The notes under the pieces: model-generated
What the model saw: only the letters and a program-made list of their open reading frames with translations
What the model was told of the DNA's origin: nothing
The model's database searches: none
Shown here: piece after piece, positions 47,128 to 57,222 of the stretch
Position numbering within the stretch: position 1 is the stretch's first letter
How the letters are laid out: each line of letters opens with the position of its first letter
NCBI GenBank assembly: GCA_965227515.1
Contig: CBDDFZ010000001.1
Location: forward strand, 2,016,001 to 2,080,000
Reading direction: 5' to 3'
From: Alphaproteobacteria bacterium
GTDB taxonomy: Bacteria; Pseudomonadota; Alphaproteobacteria; CALKHQ01
DNA: 64,000 nucleotides
Translations under genes and position numbers: made by a program

Positions 47128-48258
47128 ATGGCAAGCATCAACGAAGATACGGTCCTGCGCGCATTGGGCTCAGTACCCGTACCTGGCGCTGACACCGATA
47201 TTGTCAACGCAGGCATTGTCGCAGGCATCGCCATCGACGGCGACCGCGTGTCGGTGTCGCTGCAGGTCGATCCCAGCCAGGGCAGCGCATTGGAGCCGAT
47301 GCGCCAGGCCGCGGAACGCGCGCTGGCCGGGGAGCGCGGCATCGGTCAGGCCACCGTGGTACTGACCGCGCAACGCAGCGGCGGCCGCCAGGACCCACCG
47401 CCAGCCGGGCCAGGGGGCGGCCCCCGGGCGGGTGCGGCGCCCCCGAAGCGCATGCTGCTGCCCGGTGTCGACAAAGTGATCGCGGTGGCCAGCGGCAAGG
47501 GCGGCGTGGGCAAATCCACCACCGCCGTGAACCTTGCCCTGGCGATGGCGAAGCTCGGCCGGCGGGTCGGTTTGCTCGACGCAGACGTTTACGGTCCGTC
47601 AACACCTCGCATGTTGAATGTGACCAACAAGCCCGAAAGTCACGACGGTAAGATTTTGGAGCCGATCGAGGCGTACGGGATAAAGGCTATGTCGATTGGG
47701 TTTTTGGTCGACGAGACGACACCGATGATCTGGCGCGGGCCGATGGTGATGAGTGCCCTCGAACAGATGTTGCGTGACGTGAATTGGGGCGATTTGGACG
47801 TGATGGTCGTCGACATGCCACCCGGCACTGGCGATGCCCAACTCACCATGGCCCAGCGAGTGCCCCTGGCCGGCGCGATCATTGTTTCCACGCCGCAGGA
47901 CATTGCACTGATTGACGCGCGCAAGGGTTTGAATATGTTTCGTAAGACCGAAGTGCCGTGTTTGGGAATCGTGGAGAACATGAGCCATTTCGTGTGCCCG
48001 TCGTGCGGTCACCAGTCCGAGATATTCGGTCACGGTGGCGCGCGCGCTGAGGCTGAGCGGGAAGGCGTTGCGTTCTTGGGGGCGGTTCCGCTGCACATCG
48101 ACATCCGCAAGACGTCGGATGAAGGGCAGCCGATCGTGGTTTCCGATCCGCAAAGCGCCCACGCGAAGGTTTATGCTGACATAGCCGTTAGGGTATTGGA
48201 CACTCTGTTCGAGGAGGATCGGCATGCAAGACCTGCCCCCCGCATCGTCTTCCAGTAG
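47128..48258 (+). CDS. mrp: Mrp/ApbC Fe-S cluster carrier ATPase
   Basis: ASGKGGVGKST, DADVYGPS, WRGPM, DMPPGTGD, ENMS..CPSC. Confidence 0.96.
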   Translation: MASINEDTVLRALGSVPVPGADTDIVNAGIVAGIAIDGDRVSVSLQVDPSQGSALEPMRQAAERALAGERGIGQATVVLTAQRSGGRQDPPPAGPGGGPRAGAAPPKRMLLPGVDKVIAVASGKGGVGKSTTAVNLALAMAKLGRRVGLLDADVYGPSTPRMLNVTNKPESHDGKILEPIEAYGIKAMSIGFLVDETTPMIWRGPMVMSALEQMLRDVNWGDLDVMVVDMPPGTGDAQLTMAQRVPLAGAIIVSTPQDIALIDARKGLNMFRKTEVPCLGIVENMSHFVCPSCGHQSEIFGHGGARAEAEREGVAFLGAVPLHIDIRKTSDEGQPIVVSDPQSAHAKVYADIAVRVLDTLFEEDRHARPAPRIVFQ

Positions 48259-48766
48259 CCTGATCGGACGCCGGCGTTTCCTGATCGGCGGTGCCGCCGC
48301 GGCTGCCGCCGTCACGACGGCGCGGCCCAGTCTGGCGACGGGCTATCACCCCGACGCGGTGCGTTTGCTGGAATATGTGAACATCGTGCGCATGGGCGAA
48401 GGCCGCCGGCCGCTGTCCGCCGACGACCGGCTGATGGCCGCCGCGCAAGGCCACGCCGACGATCTGATGCTGCAGGCGATCCGCGACACCATGGGCACCG
48501 ACCACCAGGCGGCGCACCGTGGCTCGGACGGCACGCTGCCGGCCGATCGCGTGCGCCGGCAGGGCTATCGCTATCGTTTCGTCGGCGAGAACGTGGCCGC
48601 CGGCCGCAATGCGCCGGAGTTCACCGTGGCCGACTGGATCGACAGCCCGGGCCACTATCAGGTGATGATGACGCACAACGCGGTGGAGGCGGGCGCCGGC
48701 TTCGCCTATGACCCGCGCGAGCCGCGCTATCAGTATTTCTGGGTGCTGGTCGTCGCCTCCGAGTAG
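48224..48766 (+). CDS. CAP/SCP-domain protein with Tat-like signal (true start may be near 48260)
   Basis: RRRFLIGG twin-arginine motif; AAQGHA, HRGSDG, GENVA, W..SPGH. Confidence 0.85.
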   Translation: MQDLPPASSSSSLIGRRRFLIGGAAAAAAVTTARPSLATGYHPDAVRLLEYVNIVRMGEGRRPLSADDRLMAAAQGHADDLMLQAIRDTMGTDHQAAHRGSDGTLPADRVRRQGYRYRFVGENVAAGRNAPEFTVADWIDSPGHYQVMMTHNAVEAGAGFAYDPREPRYQYFWVLVVASE

Positions 48767-48796
48767 GCCGGCGCGTTCCACCCGATCCCCGAATTC

Positions 48797-48831
48797 AAAG
48801 GGCGGTGCTCCATCTGGCGCCGCCCTTTTTT
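48797..48831. terminator. Intrinsic terminator between convergent genes
   Basis: AAAGGGCGGTGC/GCGCCGCCCTTT stem followed by a T run. Confidence 0.8.
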
Positions 48832-48848
48832 GCATTTGGCGAACGCGA

Positions 48849-49283
48849 TCAGACGGCTTGATCCGGCGGGCGGCTGGGCCTGGTCCAGATGAACAGGCAG
48901 GCGAGCGCGAACAGCATGCCGATCGCCACCACCCAGCCCCAGCCGATGTCCACGCCCCAGGCCAAATAGACCAGGCTCGCCGTCATCATGGTGGTGGCCA
49001 GGATCTTCGCCCACAGCGGGATGACGCCGTGCTGCTCCCAGTGGTTGAGCAGGGGGCCGAATCGCGGATGGTCGTAGAGCCAGGCATGCAGGCGCGGAGA
49101 GCTGCGCGCGAAACACCATGCCGCGATGATCAGGAATATCGTGGTTGGCAGGCCCGGCACGAACACGCCGGTGAAGCCGATCCCCACCGCCAGCAGCCCC
49201 AGCCCGATGAACACGGCGCGCCGCAGCGGCCCGGGACGGCCGAGGCGGCCGTTGGTGTCTTCTGGCGCTGGCGGCTCGCTCAA
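48849..49283 (-). CDS. YbaN/DUF454 inner-membrane protein
   Basis: [31 protein letters not shown]; probable TTG start. Confidence 0.88.
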   Translation of the reverse strand: MSEPPAPEDTNGRLGRPGPLRRAVFIGLGLLAVGIGFTGVFVPGLPTTIFLIIAAWCFARSSPRLHAWLYDHPRFGPLLNHWEQHGVIPLWAKILATTMMTASLVYLAWGVDIGWGWVVAIGMLFALACLFIWTRPSRPPDQAV

Positions 49284-49442
49284 GGAATGTGCTCCGTGGC
49301 TGATCGCGGCGTCCGGGCTGCTTTCGCGCGCGCCGCAACAGCTTGCTTTCGCGGGCGGAGTTTGCCAGCCTACCGGCCTTGAACGCCAATGAAATGCGCG
49401 CGCCGCCGCCGGGCGCCGCCGCCTTCCACGGGGGAAACCAAT

Positions 49443-50552
<1,110 letters not shown>

Positions 50553-50580
50553 CTCGGCCGGCGCCCGCGACACCGGTACC

Positions 50581-51999
50581 ATGCCGGCGGGCGGGCGCGT
50601 GTCGGCGGACGACCAACTGCCGCCTTTCGTCAGTGCCGTTCCAGGCGCGGCGTGGCCCGCATTGCCTGGCGCGCGTGGCATGGCGACCGCGACTCTCCTC
50701 TACCAGATGGAGCAGACCCAGTGGTGGTCGCCGGAGCGGCTGCGCGCCGCCCAGGCCGGCCAGCTCCGCGAACTGGTTGCCCACGCCCGCGCGACCGTGC
50801 CGTTCTATCGCGACCGCCTGGGCGGCTTGCCCGATTCAGGTGACGCGGACGCGTTCTACGACGCTTGGCGACGGTTGCCGGTGCTGCGGCGCGACGAGGT
50901 TCATGCGGCGGGCGAGGCGCTGCACAGCACGGCGGTCCCGGAAGCGCACGGCGGATGGGACGAGATTGCGACCTCTGGCTCGACCGGCACGCCGGTTCGC
51001 GTCCGACGTACCCAGTTGTTCGGCCTGGTCTGGAGTGCCGTCACCTATCGCGACCATCTTTGGCATCGGCGCGACCTGACCGGCACCCTGGCGGTGCTGC
51101 GGGAGTCGGGCAAGGGCAAGGCCGCCTACCCCGATGGCGACCGCTGGGAGCATTGGGGCGGTGGGCCGACGCTGTTCCAGTCCGGCCCGTGCGTCGGCCT
51201 CAACGTCATGACGCCGGTGGCCGATCAGCTCGAATGGCTGGTCCGCATGGACCCCGACTATCTGCTGAGCTTCCCGACATTGCTGGCGGAGCTGGCGGCC
51301 CTCAGCCGGCGGACGGGCAAGCGCCCGGCAAAGCTTCGGCAGGTGGAGACGATCTCGGAAATCCTCAGTCCGGCTCAGCGGGCGACCATTGAGGACGCCT
51401 GGGGCGCGCCGGTGGTGAATCTCTACAGCGCGCGGGAGGCGGGCTATCTGGGGCTGCAATGCCCGGAAAGCCATGCGCTGCATGTTCCGGCCGAGGCGGT
51501 CTTGCTGGAGGTGCTGGACGAGGACGGCGGCTGGTGCGCGCCAGGCGAGACCGGCCGTGTCGTGGTGACGCCGCTGCACAATTTCGCAACACCGCTGATC
51601 CGCTATGACATCGGCGATTTCGCCGCGGTGGGCCAACCCTGCGCGTGCGGTCGCGGGTTGCCGGTGATCAGCCAGGTGTTCGGACGCCGGCAGAACATGC
51701 TCGTCATGCCGGACGGCACGAGCAAGGTCACGCTGCTCTCGTCATCGGACCTGCAGGACATAGCGGCCTGCGCGCCGGTGCGCCGCTATCAGTTCGTGCA
51801 ACGCACGACCGATCTGTTGGAACTCAGGGTCGTTGCCGAGGATGGCCTGAGCGACGACCAGGCCAGTGCCCTCCAGCGCTGGGCCGCCGCAAAGTTTCAG
51901 TTTCCGGGCACCGTCATGGTGATCGGCGTTCCGGACCTGCCGCGGTCGCCCTCGGGCAAGTTCGAGGACTTCATTTCGCTGGTGGAAGCGTCGACCTAG
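50581..51999 (+). CDS. Phenylacetate-CoA ligase/CapK-like adenylate-forming enzyme
   Basis: TSGSTG, YSARE, RYDIGD, GR, SGK motifs. Confidence 0.87.
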   Translation: MPAGGRVSADDQLPPFVSAVPGAAWPALPGARGMATATLLYQMEQTQWWSPERLRAAQAGQLRELVAHARATVPFYRDRLGGLPDSGDADAFYDAWRRLPVLRRDEVHAAGEALHSTAVPEAHGGWDEIATSGSTGTPVRVRRTQLFGLVWSAVTYRDHLWHRRDLTGTLAVLRESGKGKAAYPDGDRWEHWGGGPTLFQSGPCVGLNVMTPVADQLEWLVRMDPDYLLSFPTLLAELAALSRRTGKRPAKLRQVETISEILSPAQRATIEDAWGAPVVNLYSAREAGYLGLQCPESHALHVPAEAVLLEVLDEDGGWCAPGETGRVVVTPLHNFATPLIRYDIGDFAAVGQPCACGRGLPVISQVFGRRQNMLVMPDGTSKVTLLSSSDLQDIAACAPVRRYQFVQRTTDLLELRVVAEDGLSDDQASALQRWAAAKFQFPGTVMVIGVPDLPRSPSGKFEDFISLVEAST

Positions 52000-52013
52000 A
52001 TGATCAAGTTCTA

Positions 52014-52834
52014 GGGCCTGTTGAGATTCATCGCGAGTTTATGACAGCTGCTGCGAGATGGATGATGGCGTTGAAGCTTGTGTCGGTTTTGTCTGCACGC
52101 ATGGCGATTCGCTTGAACTCTTTGAGTTTGCAGAAGAAGTTTTCGATCAGATGACGCCATTTGTACATCTCGGCGTCGATTTGCAGCGGGCTGGCGCGGC
52201 GCGGATGCTGGGATATGACGATCTTGGCACCGCGCTCGTTGAGGTCAGCAACGATGGCGCTGGTGTCGAACGCTTTGTCCGCGATCATCGCCTTGAAGGA
52301 GAGTCCGTCGATGAGCGGCGGCACGCCAACCGTATCGTAGCGATGGCCGGGCAGGAGCACGAAACGCACCAGATTGCCAAGCGCATCACACAGCGCGAGG
52401 ATCTTCGTCGTCATCCCGCCCTTGGAGCGGCCGATGGCCTGGCTTTGAGTCCCCCTTTTGCGCCCTGGCCGTGGCGGTGCACCTTGACAATGGTGGCATC
52501 AACCATGGCGTATTCCATGTCCGGCTCGTCCAAGCAGGCCTCGAACAGCCGCACGAAGACGTCTGCTTTGACCCAGTCGCGGTATCGCTTAAAGACCGTG
52601 TTCCAAGGGCCAAAAGATGTCGGGAGATCACGCCACGGGCTGCCCGTACGCACCACCCACAGCACGGCTTCGACAAAGCGCCGGTTGTCAGCGCCACTGC
52701 GGCCCGGATCGCTCGGCTTGCCCAAGCAATGGGGTTCCATCTTCGCCCATTGGGCGTCACTCAGTACGAATCGTTCCATCCGAAGCTTGAATCACAACCA
52801 AGCACGGAGAGGAATCCTGAATCTCAACAGGCCT
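52014..52834 (-). mobile_element. IS5-family insertion sequence
   Basis: 16-bp IR GGCCTGTTGAGATTCA (52015-52030 and 52818-52833); TA on both flanks. Confidence 0.93.
52028..52779 (-). CDS. IS5 transposase (two ORFs joined by a frameshift at AAAAGGGGG)
   Basis: LSDAQW, RTGSPWRDLP, VDAT; ADKAFD, RHLIENFF.KLK; slippery site near 52451-52459. Confidence 0.92.
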
Positions 52835-53055
52835 TAGAACGTGATCGTCGTGGTGTGGTTGCGGCCGCCTTCGCCACCTTCGCCGCCCTCGCCACCATGC
52901 CCGCCGAAGCTGGCGCCGCTGGGCGTGAAGATGACGGTACCAGGGTCGACGTCGACGGTCGCGCCGCCTGGCCCGGGCCTGACGGTACAGCCCGCGGTGA
53001 CGGCGGCGATGCCAAAGGCGCCGATTGCGGCGGAAGCTACCTTGCGTGGGTCCAT
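52834..53055 (-). CDS. Small Gly-rich lipoprotein
   Basis: Lipobox VTAG-C; GGHGGEGGEGGEGG repeat; GAGG RBS. Confidence 0.65.
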   Translation of the reverse strand: MDPRKVASAAIGAFGIAAVTAGCTVRPGPGGATVDVDPGTVIFTPSGASFGGHGGEGGEGGEGGRNHTTTITF

Positions 53056-53235
53056 GGCCTCATCATTCTTGAGCGAGCAATGGCGCGGTCTTGCGCTTGG
53101 GGAGGTGCTCGGATTGCGTCAATCGAGCATGGGGGCGGAAATGGGGCAACTTCGTGGCCGCCGCGCCGCCCGCTCAATGTCTGAACGAATGGTCATGATT
53201 CGGTCATGTTGGCCGCGAGAATTGTTCCAGTGTTA

Positions 53236-53364
53236 CTAGATCGGGATCAGCTTACGCTGAATCTGCGCCAGCCCTGTCCCCCGCCCGGCCTCCCACGCAA
53301 GTATCCTGCCTGGGTGGCCGGGTGGGGGTGAGGGCTGGTGCCGACTGAAATGATCATGCTCTAG
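53236..53364. mobile_element. ~130-bp MITE-like hairpin element, copy 3
   Basis: Ends CTAGATCGGGATCA and TGATCATGCTCTAG; core nearly identical to 16497-16580. Confidence 0.78.
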
Positions 53365-53380
53365 TGTCATGGAGGATGCG

Positions 53381-54115
53381 ATGACGGGCTGCACGGCACC
53401 GAACTTCCGCTTGAGGGATGCCATTGTCGCTATGGGCATGGTTGTCGCGGCTGCCTTCGCGCCGGCTGCCCATGCCGAGAACAATGCCCCCGGCAGCGTT
53501 GTCGGCAATAACCCCAACGACTTCGCCGACCGCTCGTCGGTGCGCATGGATTACATCCCGCTGCGCCTCGGCGCGTTCGAGACCGCGACGGTCCGGCGCA
53601 TGTTCGTCGTCATGGCCGGCGAGCTGTATGGCACCGAGCTGGACGGCATCGTCATCCGCCGCGACGAGAACCGCATCGGCCTCAACAACATCCCGATCCT
53701 GGGCGAGGTGACCCGTTTCGCCTACACGTCCGATATGTTCGCGCCTCAGTTCGGCGCCGGTTCTGTCGGCCTCATCGACGATGCGCTGGTCCTGAACATC
53801 GGCGTACTGCCGGGCCAGGTGCCCTGGTTGGGACCCATACTCTCCGAACGGCTGTCGGCCGCATTGTTGCAGCGGCCGATGATCCGGACCCCGCGCACAG
53901 GCTCCATCAGCGTGTCGACCATCGTGACCCTGAACGACGACTACAGCTTTGCCATCGCCGGTCAGGCGATCGAAGCGGTGGATGGGGTGACCGAGCGGAC
54001 TCCGCCGCCGCTGGGTGACATTCCCATCGTGGGGGAGCTGTTCACCACGACCAACACTGACAACAACACCCATGAACTGCTGGTCCTGGTCCGGCCCAGT
54101 ATCGTGGCTGACTGA
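53381..54115 (+). CDS. Small exported protein with a secretin C-terminal signature
   Basis: Signal peptide ending AHA; PPLGDIPIVGELF...ELLVLVRPSIV; GGAGG before ATG 53381. Confidence 0.75.
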   Translation: MTGCTAPNFRLRDAIVAMGMVVAAAFAPAAHAENNAPGSVVGNNPNDFADRSSVRMDYIPLRLGAFETATVRRMFVVMAGELYGTELDGIVIRRDENRIGLNNIPILGEVTRFAYTSDMFAPQFGAGSVGLIDDALVLNIGVLPGQVPWLGPILSERLSAALLQRPMIRTPRTGSISVSTIVTLNDDYSFAIAGQAIEAVDGVTERTPPPLGDIPIVGELFTTTNTDNNTHELLVLVRPSIVAD

Positions 54116-54121
54116 CTGGTC

Positions 54122-56038
54122 CTAACTAGGCGTCTGGCCGTCGTCTGCTACCGGCGCCAGTCCATGGAGCTGGCAGACCGCCACCGGGGCATCGCGGCCG
54201 TCGAGCTTGGTCTCGCCGATGGCGGTGAGGTCCGCGCCGGGTGACAGACGCGTTGCGGTCTCGGCGCTGATGACGACGGTGGTGCTGCCGTCGCCGTTCT
54301 GGACCGACTTGGCCATTGCCTCCAGGCGCTGGCAAACGTTCACCGTGTCGCCGACAACCGTGTAGTTCATGCGCTGTGGCGCACCGATGTTGCCGACTGT
54401 GGCCCTGCCGCTGTGCAGCCCGATCCTGAGATGCAGCGGCGGCGCCCCGGCGTCGCGGTTCCTGGCGTTGAACGCATCAATGGCATCGGCAATCGCCAAT
54501 GCCGCGCGGCACGCGCGCTCGGCATGGTCATGCTGTGGGTCGGGGGCGCCCCAGAACGCCATCAATCCGTCGCCGATGAACTTGTCGAGCGTGCCGGCCT
54601 CCGCTTCGATGCATTCGGCCAGGGTCGCGAAATGGCTGTTCAGGAAGCCGGCCACGTCCTGCGCGTCGCGCCCCTCCGACCAGCGCGTGAATCCGGCGAT
54701 ATCGGTGAACATGACCGTGACCTCGATGTCATGGGACTGCATCAGGGCCCGGTCGCCGCGCGCCATCAGGCGGCCGACCAGCCGGCGCGGCACGTAGATC
54801 TCGAACCAGCCGAGCGCGTTGATCATGTTGTTGAAGGCCGCTGCCTGGTCGTCCAACTCGCGGACATGGCTGCGCGGCAACTCCGTCAGCGCGCCGAACT
54901 CCATGCGCCCCACCTGAAGGCTGGCATCGGCGGCGCGGCGGATCGGCCGGGCAAGCCTGCGCGCGATCAGGATCGCGGCGATGATGGCGATGACGAGCAC
55001 GGCGAAGCTGACGCCGATGATGATGAGCAGGCGGCGAATTTCCAGGCCGATATCCCGGTCGTCGTAGTAGACGCCGAGAATGATCGGCCGGTCGGCATAG
55101 CCCGCCACTTCCTCGTAAACGTAGACGTAGGCCGTGTCGAAGGCGGTCAGGAAGTGTGCGGCGGTGCCCGGACGGAAGTCGATATAGTCGATTTCCTCGC
55201 GGCCTTCCTCCCACCACATGCGGCCAAGCACCGGATCGGCGAACCCGGCGAGGTCCGGCAGCGGCTCTTCCGGGGTCACGTCCACGTCGCCGACCGCGAA
55301 CAACGGGTGCGCCAGCACCTTGTCCGGCCCATAGAGCACGAACGCTGTGCCGTGGGTGCTCTGCGTGATGGTGTCCAGGAAGGCGGATATCTGACCGACC
55401 CTGACCGCAACCCCGATCAGGCCGAGCGGCTCTTCCAGGGTGCCGACAACGCGGACCAGGTTCACCACCGTGCCATCCAGTCCGTCGGACCAGGTTGGCG
55501 AGCCCCAGGCGTAGGGCGAGTCCAGCTGGCGCAGATAGGCCAGGGCCTCCTGCGGGTCCGGCCGCGTCATTGGAAAGATGCCGACTTCGCGCTCGCCGTC
55601 GGGGCCATTGCGCACGCCGACGGAGTTGCCTTCGAAGCGGATGAAGACGACGCCGTCGACCTGCGGCGTGGCGGCCAAGGCCCAGCCGAGAGCCTCGGCG
55701 ATCGCGTCGTTGTCGGTCAGGTCGATCCGTGGGTCGGCAAAACGCTCGGCCAGGTAGGCGGCCTGCTCCGCGCCGGGGTCGAGCTGCGCCGACAGTTCCT
55801 GGCGCACCGTATCCAGAATCAGGTGCGTCTTGTCGCCCAGCAGGCTGGCGGTGTTGGTGAAGGCGCCCCACAGCCAGACCGCGAGCACCACGCCGATGCC
55901 CACCGCCACCAGGGCGCCGATGACCAGCGACAGCACCATCGCCAGGCTGATGCGCCACCGCTTCGGCCGTCGATGCGCGCGCCCCTTGCCAAGACCGCGG
56001 GCGGGTCGGGCGGCCACGTGGCGACGAGGCTCTGTCAT
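54122..56038 (-). CDS. Membrane class III adenylate/guanylate cyclase
   Basis: MFTDIAGFT, LDKFIGDGLMAFWG, RIGLHSG, YTVVGDTVN; TM-sensor-TM-HAMP; start uncertain. Confidence 0.92.
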   Translation of the reverse strand: MTEPRRHVAARPARGLGKGRAHRRPKRWRISLAMVLSLVIGALVAVGIGVVLAVWLWGAFTNTASLLGDKTHLILDTVRQELSAQLDPGAEQAAYLAERFADPRIDLTDNDAIAEALGWALAATPQVDGVVFIRFEGNSVGVRNGPDGEREVGIFPMTRPDPQEALAYLRQLDSPYAWGSPTWSDGLDGTVVNLVRVVGTLEEPLGLIGVAVRVGQISAFLDTITQSTHGTAFVLYGPDKVLAHPLFAVGDVDVTPEEPLPDLAGFADPVLGRMWWEEGREEIDYIDFRPGTAAHFLTAFDTAYVYVYEEVAGYADRPIILGVYYDDRDIGLEIRRLLIIIGVSFAVLVIAIIAAILIARRLARPIRRAADASLQVGRMEFGALTELPRSHVRELDDQAAAFNNMINALGWFEIYVPRRLVGRLMARGDRALMQSHDIEVTVMFTDIAGFTRWSEGRDAQDVAGFLNSHFATLAECIEAEAGTLDKFIGDGLMAFWGAPDPQHDHAERACRAALAIADAIDAFNARNRDAGAPPLHLRIGLHSGRATVGNIGAPQRMNYTVVGDTVNVCQRLEAMAKSVQNGDGSTTVVISAETATRLSPGADLTAIGETKLDGRDAPVAVCQLHGLAPVADDGQTPS

Positions 56039-56120
56039 GTCGATGCTGTTCCGCTGCCCGTGACCATTACCGTCCGCTCGGCTAAGTTTAGCCGGCGAAA
56101 CGAATGAAAGGACATATGGT

Positions 56121-56933
56121 ATGGGCTTCGCGATTGCGCGACCTGTCTTCCAGCGCGGCATGGCGGCTATCGTCGCGCTGCCGCTGCTTCTTGTGGCCGC
56201 CGGCCCGTTGCAGGCCGCCGACAAGGCGACCGCCGAACTGGTGGGCTTCTCCCAGGACGGCCGCTATGTCGCGTTCGAGCAGTTTGGCAGCCAGGACGGG
56301 TCGGGGTTCCCGTATGCCGAGATCTTCATCATCGACGTTGCCGCGAACGATTGGGCGGTCGACCCGATACGGGTGCTGATCGACAACGACGCGCTTGCCG
56401 AAACGCTGCCGCCGCCGGCCGCGGTGATGAAAGCGCGCCAGGAAGCCGCCACCGAGGCGCGCAATGCGCTTGCCAGCCTTGGCATCATTCAGGGCAATGT
56501 CGGCACCCAGATGATCCACCGGCCCTATACCGACCTTGATGCGGCGCCGCACATCGCGACCTTCTCGATGACCGCGGTGGCGACCTCCTACATCGGCGAA
56601 CGGCACCAGGTGCTGCTGACGGAACGGCCGGCCGCGTCGCCCGACTGCGAGTACTTCGGCCCGAATGTCATCTTCACGCTGACGCTACAGCCAGACGGTG
56701 GCGTGCCGGTGGTGTTGCAGGAGGACCGCCAGTTGTTCTCCAGCCGCGGTTGCCCGCACGGCTATCGGATCGAGCAGGTGGTGCTCTATGGCCCGCTGGA
56801 GACCGGGCGTTATCTGCCCGACCTGGGCTCGTATGCGATGTTCGTGCTGGTCGGCATGAGCGTGCAGGGGTTCGAGGGCGACGACATCAGGTATCTGGGC
56901 GTGACCGCACACTTGCCGGAAGGCGTTCTCTGA
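56121..56933 (+). CDS. Secreted protein, DUF2259-like
   Basis: GFSQDGRYVAFEQFGSQDGSGFPYA, SRGCP..Y, GFEG.D.RY. Confidence 0.8.
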   Translation: MGFAIARPVFQRGMAAIVALPLLLVAAGPLQAADKATAELVGFSQDGRYVAFEQFGSQDGSGFPYAEIFIIDVAANDWAVDPIRVLIDNDALAETLPPPAAVMKARQEAATEARNALASLGIIQGNVGTQMIHRPYTDLDAAPHIATFSMTAVATSYIGERHQVLLTERPAASPDCEYFGPNVIFTLTLQPDGGVPVVLQEDRQLFSSRGCPHGYRIEQVVLYGPLETGRYLPDLGSYAMFVLVGMSVQGFEGDDIRYLGVTAHLPEGVL

Positions 56934-57222
56934 GCGCCGCCGCGTGTCGGTTTTGTTGGGGGACATCCATGTTCGACTGTTTGTCGGGCATTTTACATAA
57001 ATGGAACTGAAATTGTCTGCAGGCGATTGTCAATTCAACGCCTAACGTCTGAAAAATACGCATTGGTATCCCGACAATTACGCATCAAGTGATTGTTTGA
57101 ATTGAGCCTATTTTTTACGCCCTGTTAAGCGGCTGCGCGAGACCATGCCGTCACGTTGCAGCAGGCCCGGCCGCAGGTAAGCGGCAAGGGCTGCGTGCGC
57201 GATGATGATAAGGGCGACAGGT

